DNA from: Minisyncoccota bacterium
Lineage (GTDB): Bacteria > Patescibacteriota > Minisyncoccia > Phycocordibacterales > DAORIS01
Length of the DNA stretch: 64,000 nucleotides
Assembly (NCBI GenBank): GCA_035438625.1
Contig: DAORIS010000002.1
Location: 34,832-98,831, forward strand
Direction: 5' to 3'
In this document: positions 18,193-26,982 of the stretch, piece after piece
How positions within the stretch are numbered: the stretch's first letter is position 1
How the letters are laid out: the number at the start of each line of letters is the position of its first letter
The notes under the pieces: model-generated
The model's input: the letters and a program-made list of their open reading frames with translations, nothing else
Databases searched by the model: none
What the model was told of the DNA's origin: nothing
Program-made: the position numbers and the translations under genes

Positions 18193-18798
18193 GTGCTTGG
18201 CAAGTGTCAGCCACCTGGGTGTTCCAGGTCAATGGTAGCGAAGGAGCTCTTTATGTTAAAGCGTTGGAACAGACTTACTCTGAAGTGGATTAAGGATAAC
18301 GAATACCGTAGCACTGGCATTAGTCAACTAGGAGCTGATTGTGGTAACTATGTACTTCACAAACTTACCGCCACGTCATATCCAGGTTCCTACGGACAAA
18401 TTGAGATACACGTAGGTTGCTTGTTCGGGAAGAAGCTGCACGAAAAAGACATAACCTTTCTCAGCAGTTTAATCCATAAAGTACTTCAAGAAACAAGCGG
18501 TCAAGTCACCCATTCAATGGACAACCCGGGATTGTTTACGTTCCATTTCGTCGTATCCGATAACCACGGCTTCTCAAAACGAGCAATTAAAATCGTCAGA
18601 TCCATCCTGAGAGAGTTCCGAATTGACGATTTCAATAACTCCACACTTACCAACTTTCACTTCGAACAACTAACATTTGTTAAAGTTAAAGGTGACTGGA
18701 TACAGTTAGATGTTCTAATTCGTATGAACAACGGTCTTCCTTGCATACCAAGAAAGGTTGTAATTCCACAGCGTCCGAGAAAATTTTTACCAATCTAA
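18193..18798 (+). CDS. Orphan hypothetical protein. The longest ORF is given; the start may be the internal Met at 18253.
   Basis: No recognisable motif. Preceded by about 210 bp of non-coding DNA and followed by a strong terminator. Confidence 0.3.
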   Translation: MLGKCQPPGCSRSMVAKELFMLKRWNRLTLKWIKDNEYRSTGISQLGADCGNYVLHKLTATSYPGSYGQIEIHVGCLFGKKLHEKDITFLSSLIHKVLQETSGQVTHSMDNPGLFTFHFVVSDNHGFSKRAIKIVRSILREFRIDDFNNSTLTNFHFEQLTFVKVKGDWIQLDVLIRMNNGLPCIPRKVVIPQRPRKFLPI

Positions 18799-18812
18799 AT
18801 AGACAACCAATA

Positions 18813-18847
18813 CCACCAACGCACTAAGTGCACGTTGGTGGTTTTTA
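18813..18847. terminator. Bidirectional intrinsic terminator between the orphan ORF (+) and lepA (-)
   Basis: CCACCAACGCAC-taag-TGCACGTTGGTGG followed by TTTTT. Confidence 0.7.
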
Positions 18848-18863
18848 TATTTAAAAAGTAAAC

Positions 18864-20702
18864 CTAATCCCCTCCCTTCACCATCTTAATGAAGACATCT
18901 TGAGGAATATTCACCGTTCCTCTCTCCTTCATTTTCTTCTTTCCTTTCTTCTGTTTTTCGAGAAGTTTCATCTTTCGTGTAATGTCACCTCCATAAAGGT
19001 ATCCGGTAACATCCTTTCGCATGGCTGAGACGCTCTCTGAGGCGATAATTCGGCCCTGGGCCTTTGCTTGAATCTTCATAGCAAACATTTGTCGTGGAAG
19101 CACAGATTGGAGCTTCTCGACGGCTTTTCGGGCTTCAAGCTCCAGGCGTTTTCGTGAGACTACACGTGCAAAAGCAACCACTGGTTCGTCAGCAACAAGT
19201 ATGTCCATTCGAACAACATCGGCACTTCTCATCTCACCCATTTCATACGAGATAGAAGCATATCCTGATGTGAGACTTTTAATCTCATCAAAAAAATTTC
19301 GCATCATTTCTCGAAGTGGCAACTTTGCTTCAATCGCAGTTCGCTCTGTTCCAAAAAGATCAGTGTTTCCAACTTCTGCTTCATGTTCGTATAACACTTG
19401 TACCAAGCTTCCAACATATTCAGGAGGAGTGATGAGTTTAATGTTCACCCATGGTTCTCGAACCGATGTTATTAATGAATCTTCTGGAAAGAATATTGGT
19501 GAATATACTTTTTCAGTTTTTCCGTTTTTCATGGTCACTTCGTATGTGATAGATGGAGTTGTAACAATAAGTGAAAGTGAAAATTCCCGCTTTAAGCGTT
19601 CAGTGATAATTTCCAAATGAAGCATTCCGAGGAATCCGCAACGGAATCCGCGACCAAGGGCACCCGATGATTCTTCTTCAAATGAAAGTGCCGAGTCAGA
19701 TAGCTGCAAACGTTCAAGCGCCTGTCGAAGCAACGGAAAATCGTCTTGGCTTTCAGGATAAAGTGATGCCCACACAACTGGAAGTGCTGATTGATATCCA
19801 GGTAGTGCTTGTACTGGCTTCTTATCCAAGAAAATCGTGTCTCCAACAGAAGCAATTCCTGGCTCCTTGATTCCAGTTACAATGTATCCAATCATTCCGT
19901 TAGACAAACTATCAACTGGAGTTTCTTGTGGGGCAAACGTTCCTGTTTCAGTAGATTTGAATCGTGCATTTGAAACTGAGAATCGGCACTCGTCTCCTTT
20001 TTTAAACTCACCTCCGAATACTCGAACATACACAATAACTCCGCGGTGGTCTGAATATTGAAAATCAAAAATAAGTGCCCGAGGTCGGTCTTCTTGTGGA
20101 AATCCTTGATGATCAGTTACAACTTCTTTTGCTTCTTTTCTTTCAAATGGAGAAGGAATTCTTGCAACGATTGCCTGAATGAGTTCTTCTACTCCCTGTC
20201 CTGTCTTTCCAGAGACCTCCATAATTGTGTCTTCCTCCACACCTAAAAGTTCGGCCACTTCTTTTTTAACTCGTGGAATGTCAGCGTATGGAGAATCAAT
20301 CTTACTTACTGCGGGAATAATCACATGACCTAGCGTTCGTGCCATCGCAAGTGTTGTTAGTGTCTGCGCTTGCACACCTTGTGTCGCATCAACCAAAAGC
20401 ACTGACCCTTCTACTGCGGTTAGCGCACGTGATACTTCGTATGAAAAATCAATGTGTCCAGGAGTATCAATCAGGTGAAGCATAAAATCAACGCCATTGC
20501 GAGAATATTTCATGCGCACTGGCTGCATCTTAATGGTGATACCGCGTTCACGTTCCAGATCCATTGAGTCCAATACCTGGTCCTTCATTTTTCTTGCCTC
20601 AATTGTATGGGTCATCTCCAACATGCGGTCAGCAAGCGTGGACTTACCATGGTCAATATGGGCAATAATTGTAAAGTTTCTGATCTGCTTAGACTGGTTC
20701 AT
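18864..20702 (-). CDS. lepA: Elongation factor 4 (LepA)
   Basis: IRNFTIIAHIDHGKST G1 motif, DTPGH box, LepA-specific C-terminal domain. Confidence 0.95.
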   Translation of the reverse strand: MNQSKQIRNFTIIAHIDHGKSTLADRMLEMTHTIEARKMKDQVLDSMDLERERGITIKMQPVRMKYSRNGVDFMLHLIDTPGHIDFSYEVSRALTAVEGSVLLVDATQGVQAQTLTTLAMARTLGHVIIPAVSKIDSPYADIPRVKKEVAELLGVEEDTIMEVSGKTGQGVEELIQAIVARIPSPFERKEAKEVVTDHQGFPQEDRPRALIFDFQYSDHRGVIVYVRVFGGEFKKGDECRFSVSNARFKSTETGTFAPQETPVDSLSNGMIGYIVTGIKEPGIASVGDTIFLDKKPVQALPGYQSALPVVWASLYPESQDDFPLLRQALERLQLSDSALSFEEESSGALGRGFRCGFLGMLHLEIITERLKREFSLSLIVTTPSITYEVTMKNGKTEKVYSPIFFPEDSLITSVREPWVNIKLITPPEYVGSLVQVLYEHEAEVGNTDLFGTERTAIEAKLPLREMMRNFFDEIKSLTSGYASISYEMGEMRSADVVRMDILVADEPVVAFARVVSRKRLELEARKAVEKLQSVLPRQMFAMKIQAKAQGRIIASESVSAMRKDVTGYLYGGDITRKMKLLEKQKKGKKKMKERGTVNIPQDVFIKMVKGGD

Positions 20703-22365
20703 TTTCGGAGATGACTACGGCTGGCTTCTTACGTGTGATGCCGTCGAGGACGTGTCGAGCCTCAAGATTACCAATAGCTAGCAAAATTGCAAAGGCCCCA
20801 ACAATTCCAGTCACTCCAGCGACTGCTCCATGGAGAAATACCCCCAAGACTCGAGTTGTATCAACTGAGTCTGCAAATAGCTGAAGTACTGTGTACGCAA
20901 CTGCTCCTGCAACAAATGCACCCAGTAAATGTTCACATACAGGACGTACGAGTGAGCGGAGGTATCCCTTCATCACTTTCCTAAGAGACAACAGGAGACT
21001 ACATGCAGTAACTGCTGCACCGATACTGAAAGCAATTGGAAGCATGAGGACATCACTTCCATATTCCCCCTCTACACGCAACAAGTGTTCTAGAAAGTTT
21101 TCGATAGCCGGCACCTTATTCCACAAGATCATTAATATTCCAAGTACCGCAAAGCTTGTAAAACCACCAAGTAAGTTGGAAAGGAGTGGAATTTTTGTAC
21201 TTCCTCGTGCATACCATGTTCGGGTCATCACAAGAGAGAGTGACTGGAGTACAAGTGACGTTGTAAAGAGCGCAAAGGCTGCGGCAGTCAATCGCGTAGC
21301 ATTCCAGTCAAAGGCACCAGCACCGAGCGCTGTTCGAACAATTTGTGCACGAAGGACAATACAGAGCGCTGAGGCGAGTAAGCCAAAAAAGATTACCTGA
21401 CGGAGCGTAAAGATAAATTTCTCACGAAACACATCATTGTTCTGCTCTGAAAACAGTCTCGTCAGTGTTGGAAAAAGCGCAACAGAAAAACTCATACCAA
21501 TAAGCGACAGTGATACTGACTGAAGGTTCCATGCCAAGTTGAATACGGTAATTGATCCCACAACCAAATATCCTGCGACAATAACGAATGTAAATTCCAC
21601 CAACTCTGAGATTGATAAAGATAATGTTCGAGGAAGAGACGCGCGAATCACAGATGCGCTTTTCCTCAAAATTACGAATGGATTTTCTCGCGAAAGTCCT
21701 GGCACTTTTTTCTGCTTGATCAAATACGGAAGTTGAATTGCAGCGTGCAAGAACGCTCCAATTGCGACACCCCATACCGCCCCAATAATTCCATGTCTTC
21801 CAGCTAAAAATACTGCACCGCAGATAATTCCCAGGTTATACAGGATTGGTGATAGCGCAGTAATGATAAAACGTTGTGATGTCTGAATGATCGACGAGAA
21901 GATATTCGAAATACCCAAGAGAATTGGAGAGAGCAATAATAGCCGTGTCATAGCAACGAGCTCAGGCATCATGTCACCATATGCCGGGAAAAGAAGTGGG
22001 AGAATGAGCGGCGCTACAAAAAATGCAGCGAGTGCAAGTATAAGCACCATCCAGAAAAAAGCAGTAAATATTGTCTTGATTAATTCTTCTTGATCCTTTT
22101 CTCCACGCTTTTGCGCTTCAACAAGCATTGGCACAAGCACTGAAACTGAAATCAGTGCTGAGACAGCAATAAAGAGCATGTCTGGGATACGAAACGCAGC
22201 ATAATAGAGATCTAGCTCTTTACCCACTCCAAACGTACTTGCAAACACTCGATCTCGAAAGAGTGCCAGTAATTGCGAAACAAGTGCTGATGCAGCAAGA
22301 ATATATGCTGCATGATGTACAGCGCGTACCTCTTTATTAAACAGTCCTATGAGGTTCCGCACCAT
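20689..22365 (-). CDS. murJ: Lipid II flippase MurJ (MviN)
   Basis: 14-TM MOP-family protein with a MurJ-like N-terminus (LALFRDRVFASTFG, DLYYAAFRIPD). Confidence 0.85.
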   Translation of the reverse strand: MVRNLIGLFNKEVRAVHHAAYILAASALVSQLLALFRDRVFASTFGVGKELDLYYAAFRIPDMLFIAVSALISVSVLVPMLVEAQKRGEKDQEELIKTIFTAFFWMVLILALAAFFVAPLILPLLFPAYGDMMPELVAMTRLLLLSPILLGISNIFSSIIQTSQRFIITALSPILYNLGIICGAVFLAGRHGIIGAVWGVAIGAFLHAAIQLPYLIKQKKVPGLSRENPFVILRKSASVIRASLPRTLSLSISELVEFTFVIVAGYLVVGSITVFNLAWNLQSVSLSLIGMSFSVALFPTLTRLFSEQNNDVFREKFIFTLRQVIFFGLLASALCIVLRAQIVRTALGAGAFDWNATRLTAAAFALFTTSLVLQSLSLVMTRTWYARGSTKIPLLSNLLGGFTSFAVLGILMILWNKVPAIENFLEHLLRVEGEYGSDVLMLPIAFSIGAAVTACSLLLSLRKVMKGYLRSLVRPVCEHLLGAFVAGAVAYTVLQLFADSVDTTRVLGVFLHGAVAGVTGIVGAFAILLAIGNLEARHVLDGITRKKPAVVISENEPV

Positions 22366-22370
22366 AGCGG

Positions 22371-24821
22371 CTATTCTTCAGTTTCCCCTTCGCTTCCAGT
22401 AGTATCTTCTTCTGTGTCAATAGCTTCCTCTGCCTGAATTGCTCGTGAACCACTTGAAAGTGAACTTGAGAGCGCTTGCACATCTGTGTTTTCAGGGTTT
22501 GTTGTAAGCAAGATGTCTGTAAGCATTCGAGCCTCTTCGTTTCTTCCTAGTTCCCTGTATGTAAGTGCCAAGAAATACTGCGCGTTTGCATACTGAGGAT
22601 TAATGATAAGTGCTCGCTCAAAATCACGTGATGCCCCCTCAAAATCATCTATGTTGTACTTAAGAATTCCAACCTGGAGATGTGCATCAGCATTTGTAGG
22701 AGCAGTGAGTGCACCAACTTCAGCAGCTTCGATTGCCTTTTCTATTGAATTCTCTTGGATGTGGAGCTGTGCCTTGAAGAAATATGCGTCTGTGTAATTT
22801 GCCTTGAGTGCAATTGCTTGGTCAGCATATTCGAATGCCTTAGAGACATTACCGTTATTCCTCTCAAGTTGCGCAAGCGCAAGCTTAATCAATGGATTAG
22901 ATGGGGAAAGCTTCTGTGCTCGATCATACGCAGCGAGTGCTTGATCATATGCACCTTCAACCTTATACGCCGCAAGGACTGAGTATGTGTCTCCTAATGA
23001 CAACCAGTTTACATAACTATCTTCATTAAGTGCAACTGCCCGTGATGCGATACCGGTAACTTGCTGCACAATTGCTTGTCCTTGTTCCTGGAGTGCCTGT
23101 TGTTGGCTCTGGCTAGCGTTTTGAGAACTTGAGACGAATGTTGAAAGCTGTTGCAAACCAACACTGATCAACTCTCGGTAATACGAATCCCTTTCATCGA
23201 ATTGAAGTGCTCGATTATATCGTGATGTTGCTTCTGGAACATTTCCCTGAGCGAGTGCAGTTGAAGCACGATTCACTTCATATCGAGCATACGCTTGTGT
23301 TGTGAAGAGATATCCAAGCATGATGATACCCAAAAGAAGGAGAACAAGTCCTGCAACAGAGGCAAACGCTGCTCGTGGATCAGAGAGGTATGAGTACGCA
23401 CGAGTTCGAACAATTCCCATCGCAAGAGCGACCGTGATAAGAAGCCCGAGAAAGACAAACAAATATGTGTACAGTACTAATCCAGGGTTGCTGAATAGGA
23501 AGATCAAGATGAGATATACGACGCTAAATGAAAGCACTGCACCGTGATTACGCTCATGTTCTTCTCCGACTGTTCCAAGTAATAACCTAAACATAAGGAT
23601 TGCAGCAAACGCAATGAGTGCGATCCACGCCAATAGTCCTGGGATACCGAGAGTTACAAGTGAACTTAAGACTGTGCTAAATCCAAATGAAAAATCTGAG
23701 CTCCAAAGAATTGTGTTGTTGACTTCAATTGGCTTGAATTGGTTCCATGCGACATTAAATTGTCCTGGGCCCACTCCAAACACCTTTCCTTCCTTAATAA
23801 CATTCCAACCAAGTTCAAGTGTTGCAAGTGGAGAAAGCTTTGCTTCAATGTGCGGTGCATTGAAATTATTCAAAAAGCCTAGTCCAGGAACGTTTGACGC
23901 GATTGAGAAGACACTTGCACGTCCTGAAATCAAAATCATTGCAAACGACACAAGCACGATAACAAGCGGAGCTGTTGGTATTTTTGTAATAAAACGAGAC
24001 ACAGGAGTAGCTGTTCCAGGAATCACCTCAGCAGCACGTTCTGCCATTTGCTGATTTGCCTGCCGTGTCATTTTAAGGAATGAGTACACGAAGATAAGAA
24101 CTGCTGAAACACCCACCAACCACCAAACAGTGTTTATGTTAACAACTGAGATAGCAAGAGCTGAAATAACGATCGCAGCCGTTGAGATAACTACCCACAG
24201 ACGCTTTCGCGCTAAGAACTGGTGGTATGCAAGTGAGAGCACAAGCAAGAAGCCCGCAAAGAGTCCGACATCTGGCCATGCACCAAGTGGAGATGAGAGG
24301 AGGTTTCCAAAAATTCCAAAGTTAAGTGTTGCAGGTCCCATCAAGAAACGAATAGTGTGGAAGAGGACAAGAATCGCACCACCGATCCATGTGGCAATAA
24401 ATACCGAGCGAACAGTTCGGAGGGTTGTAAAAAATCGAACTGTAGCAAGAAGGAAAATAAGTCCCGCAAACACATAAGCAGCAGAATCAACCGTTGCAAT
24501 ATCAATAATTGTTGATGCACGGAGCGCAACAAGTGCTGAACTGATTATGGTAATAAGGAACAGTACCACAACTGCAGTTAATACGTGTGTTCGAGGAAAT
24601 TCAAATGAACCGAGCTTAAGATCGCTAATAACAACTGATAATGCGAGAAACAACATCACAAGCAAGACCATGATTGGCTTACTTGCAAATAACATGAACG
24701 TTGAAGGAATAATGAAAAAGGGTAACGCTGCAATTAAAACAAGCAGTGCACCTCGCGAAATAAATGTAAGCATGATGTATAAGTATATAGTACAACCGCT
24801 AAAAAAAGCACAGCTCCCCAT
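22371..24821 (-). CDS. O-antigen-ligase/Wzy-like polytopic membrane domain fused to C-terminal TPR repeats and an acidic tail
   Basis: About 500 aa of TM helices, then repeated TPR-like AxxYxxA(L)xLxP units, ending in EEAIDTEEDTTGSEGETEE. Confidence 0.55.
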   Translation of the reverse strand: MGSCAFFSGCTIYLYIMLTFISRGALLVLIAALPFFIIPSTFMLFASKPIMVLLVMLFLALSVVISDLKLGSFEFPRTHVLTAVVVLFLITIISSALVALRASTIIDIATVDSAAYVFAGLIFLLATVRFFTTLRTVRSVFIATWIGGAILVLFHTIRFLMGPATLNFGIFGNLLSSPLGAWPDVGLFAGFLLVLSLAYHQFLARKRLWVVISTAAIVISALAISVVNINTVWWLVGVSAVLIFVYSFLKMTRQANQQMAERAAEVIPGTATPVSRFITKIPTAPLVIVLVSFAMILISGRASVFSIASNVPGLGFLNNFNAPHIEAKLSPLATLELGWNVIKEGKVFGVGPGQFNVAWNQFKPIEVNNTILWSSDFSFGFSTVLSSLVTLGIPGLLAWIALIAFAAILMFRLLLGTVGEEHERNHGAVLSFSVVYLILIFLFSNPGLVLYTYLFVFLGLLITVALAMGIVRTRAYSYLSDPRAAFASVAGLVLLLLGIIMLGYLFTTQAYARYEVNRASTALAQGNVPEATSRYNRALQFDERDSYYRELISVGLQQLSTFVSSSQNASQSQQQALQEQGQAIVQQVTGIASRAVALNEDSYVNWLSLGDTYSVLAAYKVEGAYDQALAAYDRAQKLSPSNPLIKLALAQLERNNGNVSKAFEYADQAIALKANYTDAYFFKAQLHIQENSIEKAIEAAEVGALTAPTNADAHLQVGILKYNIDDFEGASRDFERALIINPQYANAQYFLALTYRELGRNEEARMLTDILLTTNPENTDVQALSSSLSSGSRAIQAEEAIDTEEDTTGSEGETEE

Positions 24822-24835
24822 GTGGAGAGCTGTGG
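24801..24835 (-). terminator. Intrinsic terminator of rnpB
   Basis: On the minus strand, CACAGCUCUCCACAUGGGGAGCUGUG followed by UUUUUUU. Confidence 0.7.
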
Positions 24836-25203
24836 TGCACTGTAAGCCGAATTCTGTTCTAAGAGGTATTGCTACGTACTTAGAGATATATATATGTCTG
24901 GAGAATAGATCGCTCTATCCTTCTTGCGTCTCTCTATGCTCTTGCGCCTCGTACGAGACGTCGCAAGAACACAGCACGGACTTGCACTCAGGCAAGGATT
25001 TAGCCGTTTCATTCCCTTATTCAGTATTAGGGATTCACCCACAAGTGGGTGCCTCTGGCTTTCACCTCGGGCGTCACTGCTCGCACCTCGCGGATTACTC
25101 CGTGCAGGGGTTACCTGCTGCCTTTCTCCAGGCGGACCTGGGAGTGTTCGGACTTTCCTCACGATGTAGAAAATCTATATCGCGCATATACCCGTGCACA
25201 TAT
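24836..25203 (-). ncRNA. rnpB: RNase P RNA (bacterial type A-like)
   Basis: The minus strand carries the P4 signatures AGGAAAGUCCG (5' strand) and ACAGAAUUCGGCUUA (3' strand) about 300 nt apart. The region is GC-rich with no credible ORF, and a GUGCAC P1 pairing closes the ends. A terminator follows. Confidence 0.75.
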
Positions 25204-25230
25204 ATATCATGACACAAAAAAGAACTTTAT

Positions 25231-26982
25231 TCAATACTTACGGTGTACCCTCTTTTTTGGTGCTAATGGGAGTGCCCCGCCGGCAACAATCATTGATCCG
25301 ATGATAATCATGAGGTACATAAGAGCCATGTCTCGTGGTGTTCGTGTTTGTCCAAAGGCAGCGAAAGTGGAAGCGCCAGCACCTGAGCGGATAAGATTAT
25401 CTTCTAAGAAATCTTCTGTTTCAGCGATCCAGGGAAAAGTCTCCCAGGGAAGCAGGCCGTTTGGAGTCCATCCACTGTCCCAAATAACAATACCATCCAC
25501 ATTAAGCGCTTTTAACGTATCAAGTTGTAGTCGATAAAAATCAAGTGGTAACTGTTGTAGCGCCAATCCTCCCGCTGTCGATTCATGATACCTTGGCCAA
25601 ATAAATGGATACACCGGTTTACCATATCGCTCTGCAATAGCAACTGTATACTCGGCGTAATACAACCAATCTTGTTGACTATTGTTTGACGTATATAGAG
25701 ATGGAAAAATATAATCTACCGCATTTGCAATTGGTGCAAGAAAATCACTTGCAGCAACAACCGCTTCGTACGCTGCAGTAAATTGTGCAGCTTGAGAAAC
25801 CGCCCACGCATCACCATCTTGGAGTAATCCATAGTTAACAGCGTGCGTAAGCTCTGACAAAGGGATAATAGAGTAAATACCGACCTTTAAATCAGGTCGC
25901 TCGTCTCGTATCCACCCAATAACTCGCAAATATTTTTCTGTTGAACTTGCTACAGCCACCTCACTATGAAAGTTAATGTTTGCAGGCCAACTTTCGATAT
26001 CAGGAACAGCTACAGCATTTAACGGGACTGTTTGTGCCCACGCACGAGTTGCAACTTCACTTGGCTCACCCGGGTTAGTTGCAGACGCATTATCAAAGAA
26101 ATATCCTCCCCAACCTACATAAATCGGATTTACTGCTGCACTAAAGATTGTTGGTTTATCGGTATACCCACCTATCGCATCAAATATTTTAAATATAGTG
26201 TTGTAAACAGGATCTGGAGGAGCATTGTCGTTTGAATTATTTCGACCTCCACCACCTCCACCTCCACTCCTTCTACGCTTAACTGTAGTTGTCGCCGTAG
26301 AATTTGTTCCCGTGTTTTTTGCAAGCGTTTGATTAACTAAAGTTGCATAGGCAAGATTTAATGCCGATCTTGTTTGTGGTCCAATTGATCCAACTGGTTC
26401 AAGTCCTTTCGATAGCTGAAAACTTGCTACCGCCTGAGCGGTGATAGGGCCAAAAAATCCTGTTGGCGGTTCAGTCATAAAACCAAGCGCAACAAGCAAT
26501 TCCTGAAGAGCCGTTACCTCAGCACCCCGAGCTCCAATTGTTTGTGGAAGAGTAAATGTAAATGAAGGAATTATTGTTGTGCTGGTTGTAGCTGGACTAG
26601 TAGGAAGAACATTCTGTGGTGCTCCACACACAAACAATCTAGTTAGAGGACCAAAAAATCCAGTTGCAGGAGTTATATTGACTGCCATTTGAAAATTTTT
26701 CAAAGCTTGCTGGGTCTTAAGTCCAAACGATGTAGTCTCTTGTCCAGGAGAACCGAGACCGGTTTGAGAAATGACATAGCCGTTGGCATTTAAGAATTGT
26801 TGGAGTGCGCGGACATCTTCACCTTCTGAATCAACCCTTAAATCACGAGTATAGATACAGGTTGTGTTTGTTTGAGCATTACTTTCTTTGAAAATAAATG
26901 CATCGTGCGTTAGCGATAGCCCAAAAATCAATCCGCTAATAGTTACATAACACACCAATCTCAAAAACTTAAAATTATTCAT
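25231..26982 (-). CDS. Secreted protein with two peptidoglycan-binding (PG_binding_1-like) domains, a Gly-rich linker, a TIM-barrel-like glycoside-hydrolase domain and a C-terminal TM anchor
   Basis: Signal peptide. Two copies of the VRALQQFLNANGY...GLKTQQALKNFQ-type PG-binding repeat. A GGGGGGGR linker. A C-terminal domain of about 300 aa with a VDGIVIWDSGW box. The final hydrophobic segment is followed by KKRVHRKY. Confidence 0.5.
   Translation of the reverse strand: MNNFKFLRLVCYVTISGLIFGLSLTHDAFIFKESNAQTNTTCIYTRDLRVDSEGEDVRALQQFLNANGYVISQTGLGSPGQETTSFGLKTQQALKNFQMAVNITPATGFFGPLTRLFVCGAPQNVLPTSPATTSTTIIPSFTFTLPQTIGARGAEVTALQELLVALGFMTEPPTGFFGPITAQAVASFQLSKGLEPVGSIGPQTRSALNLAYATLVNQTLAKNTGTNSTATTTVKRRRSGGGGGGGRNNSNDNAPPDPVYNTIFKIFDAIGGYTDKPTIFSAAVNPIYVGWGGYFFDNASATNPGEPSEVATRAWAQTVPLNAVAVPDIESWPANINFHSEVAVASSTEKYLRVIGWIRDERPDLKVGIYSIIPLSELTHAVNYGLLQDGDAWAVSQAAQFTAAYEAVVAASDFLAPIANAVDYIFPSLYTSNNSQQDWLYYAEYTVAIAERYGKPVYPFIWPRYHESTAGGLALQQLPLDFYRLQLDTLKALNVDGIVIWDSGWTPNGLLPWETFPWIAETEDFLEDNLIRSGAGASTFAAFGQTRTPRDMALMYLMIIIGSMIVAGGALPLAPKKRVHRKY

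Noticed and set aside
24547-25537. Four overlapping predicted ORFs of 81-221 aa on both strands (24547..25212, 24872..25162, 24924..25169, 25049..25537)
   Set aside because: They lie on the RNase P RNA gene. The region has structured-RNA composition, clear P4 motifs and a terminator. The ORFs have no start context or protein-like features.
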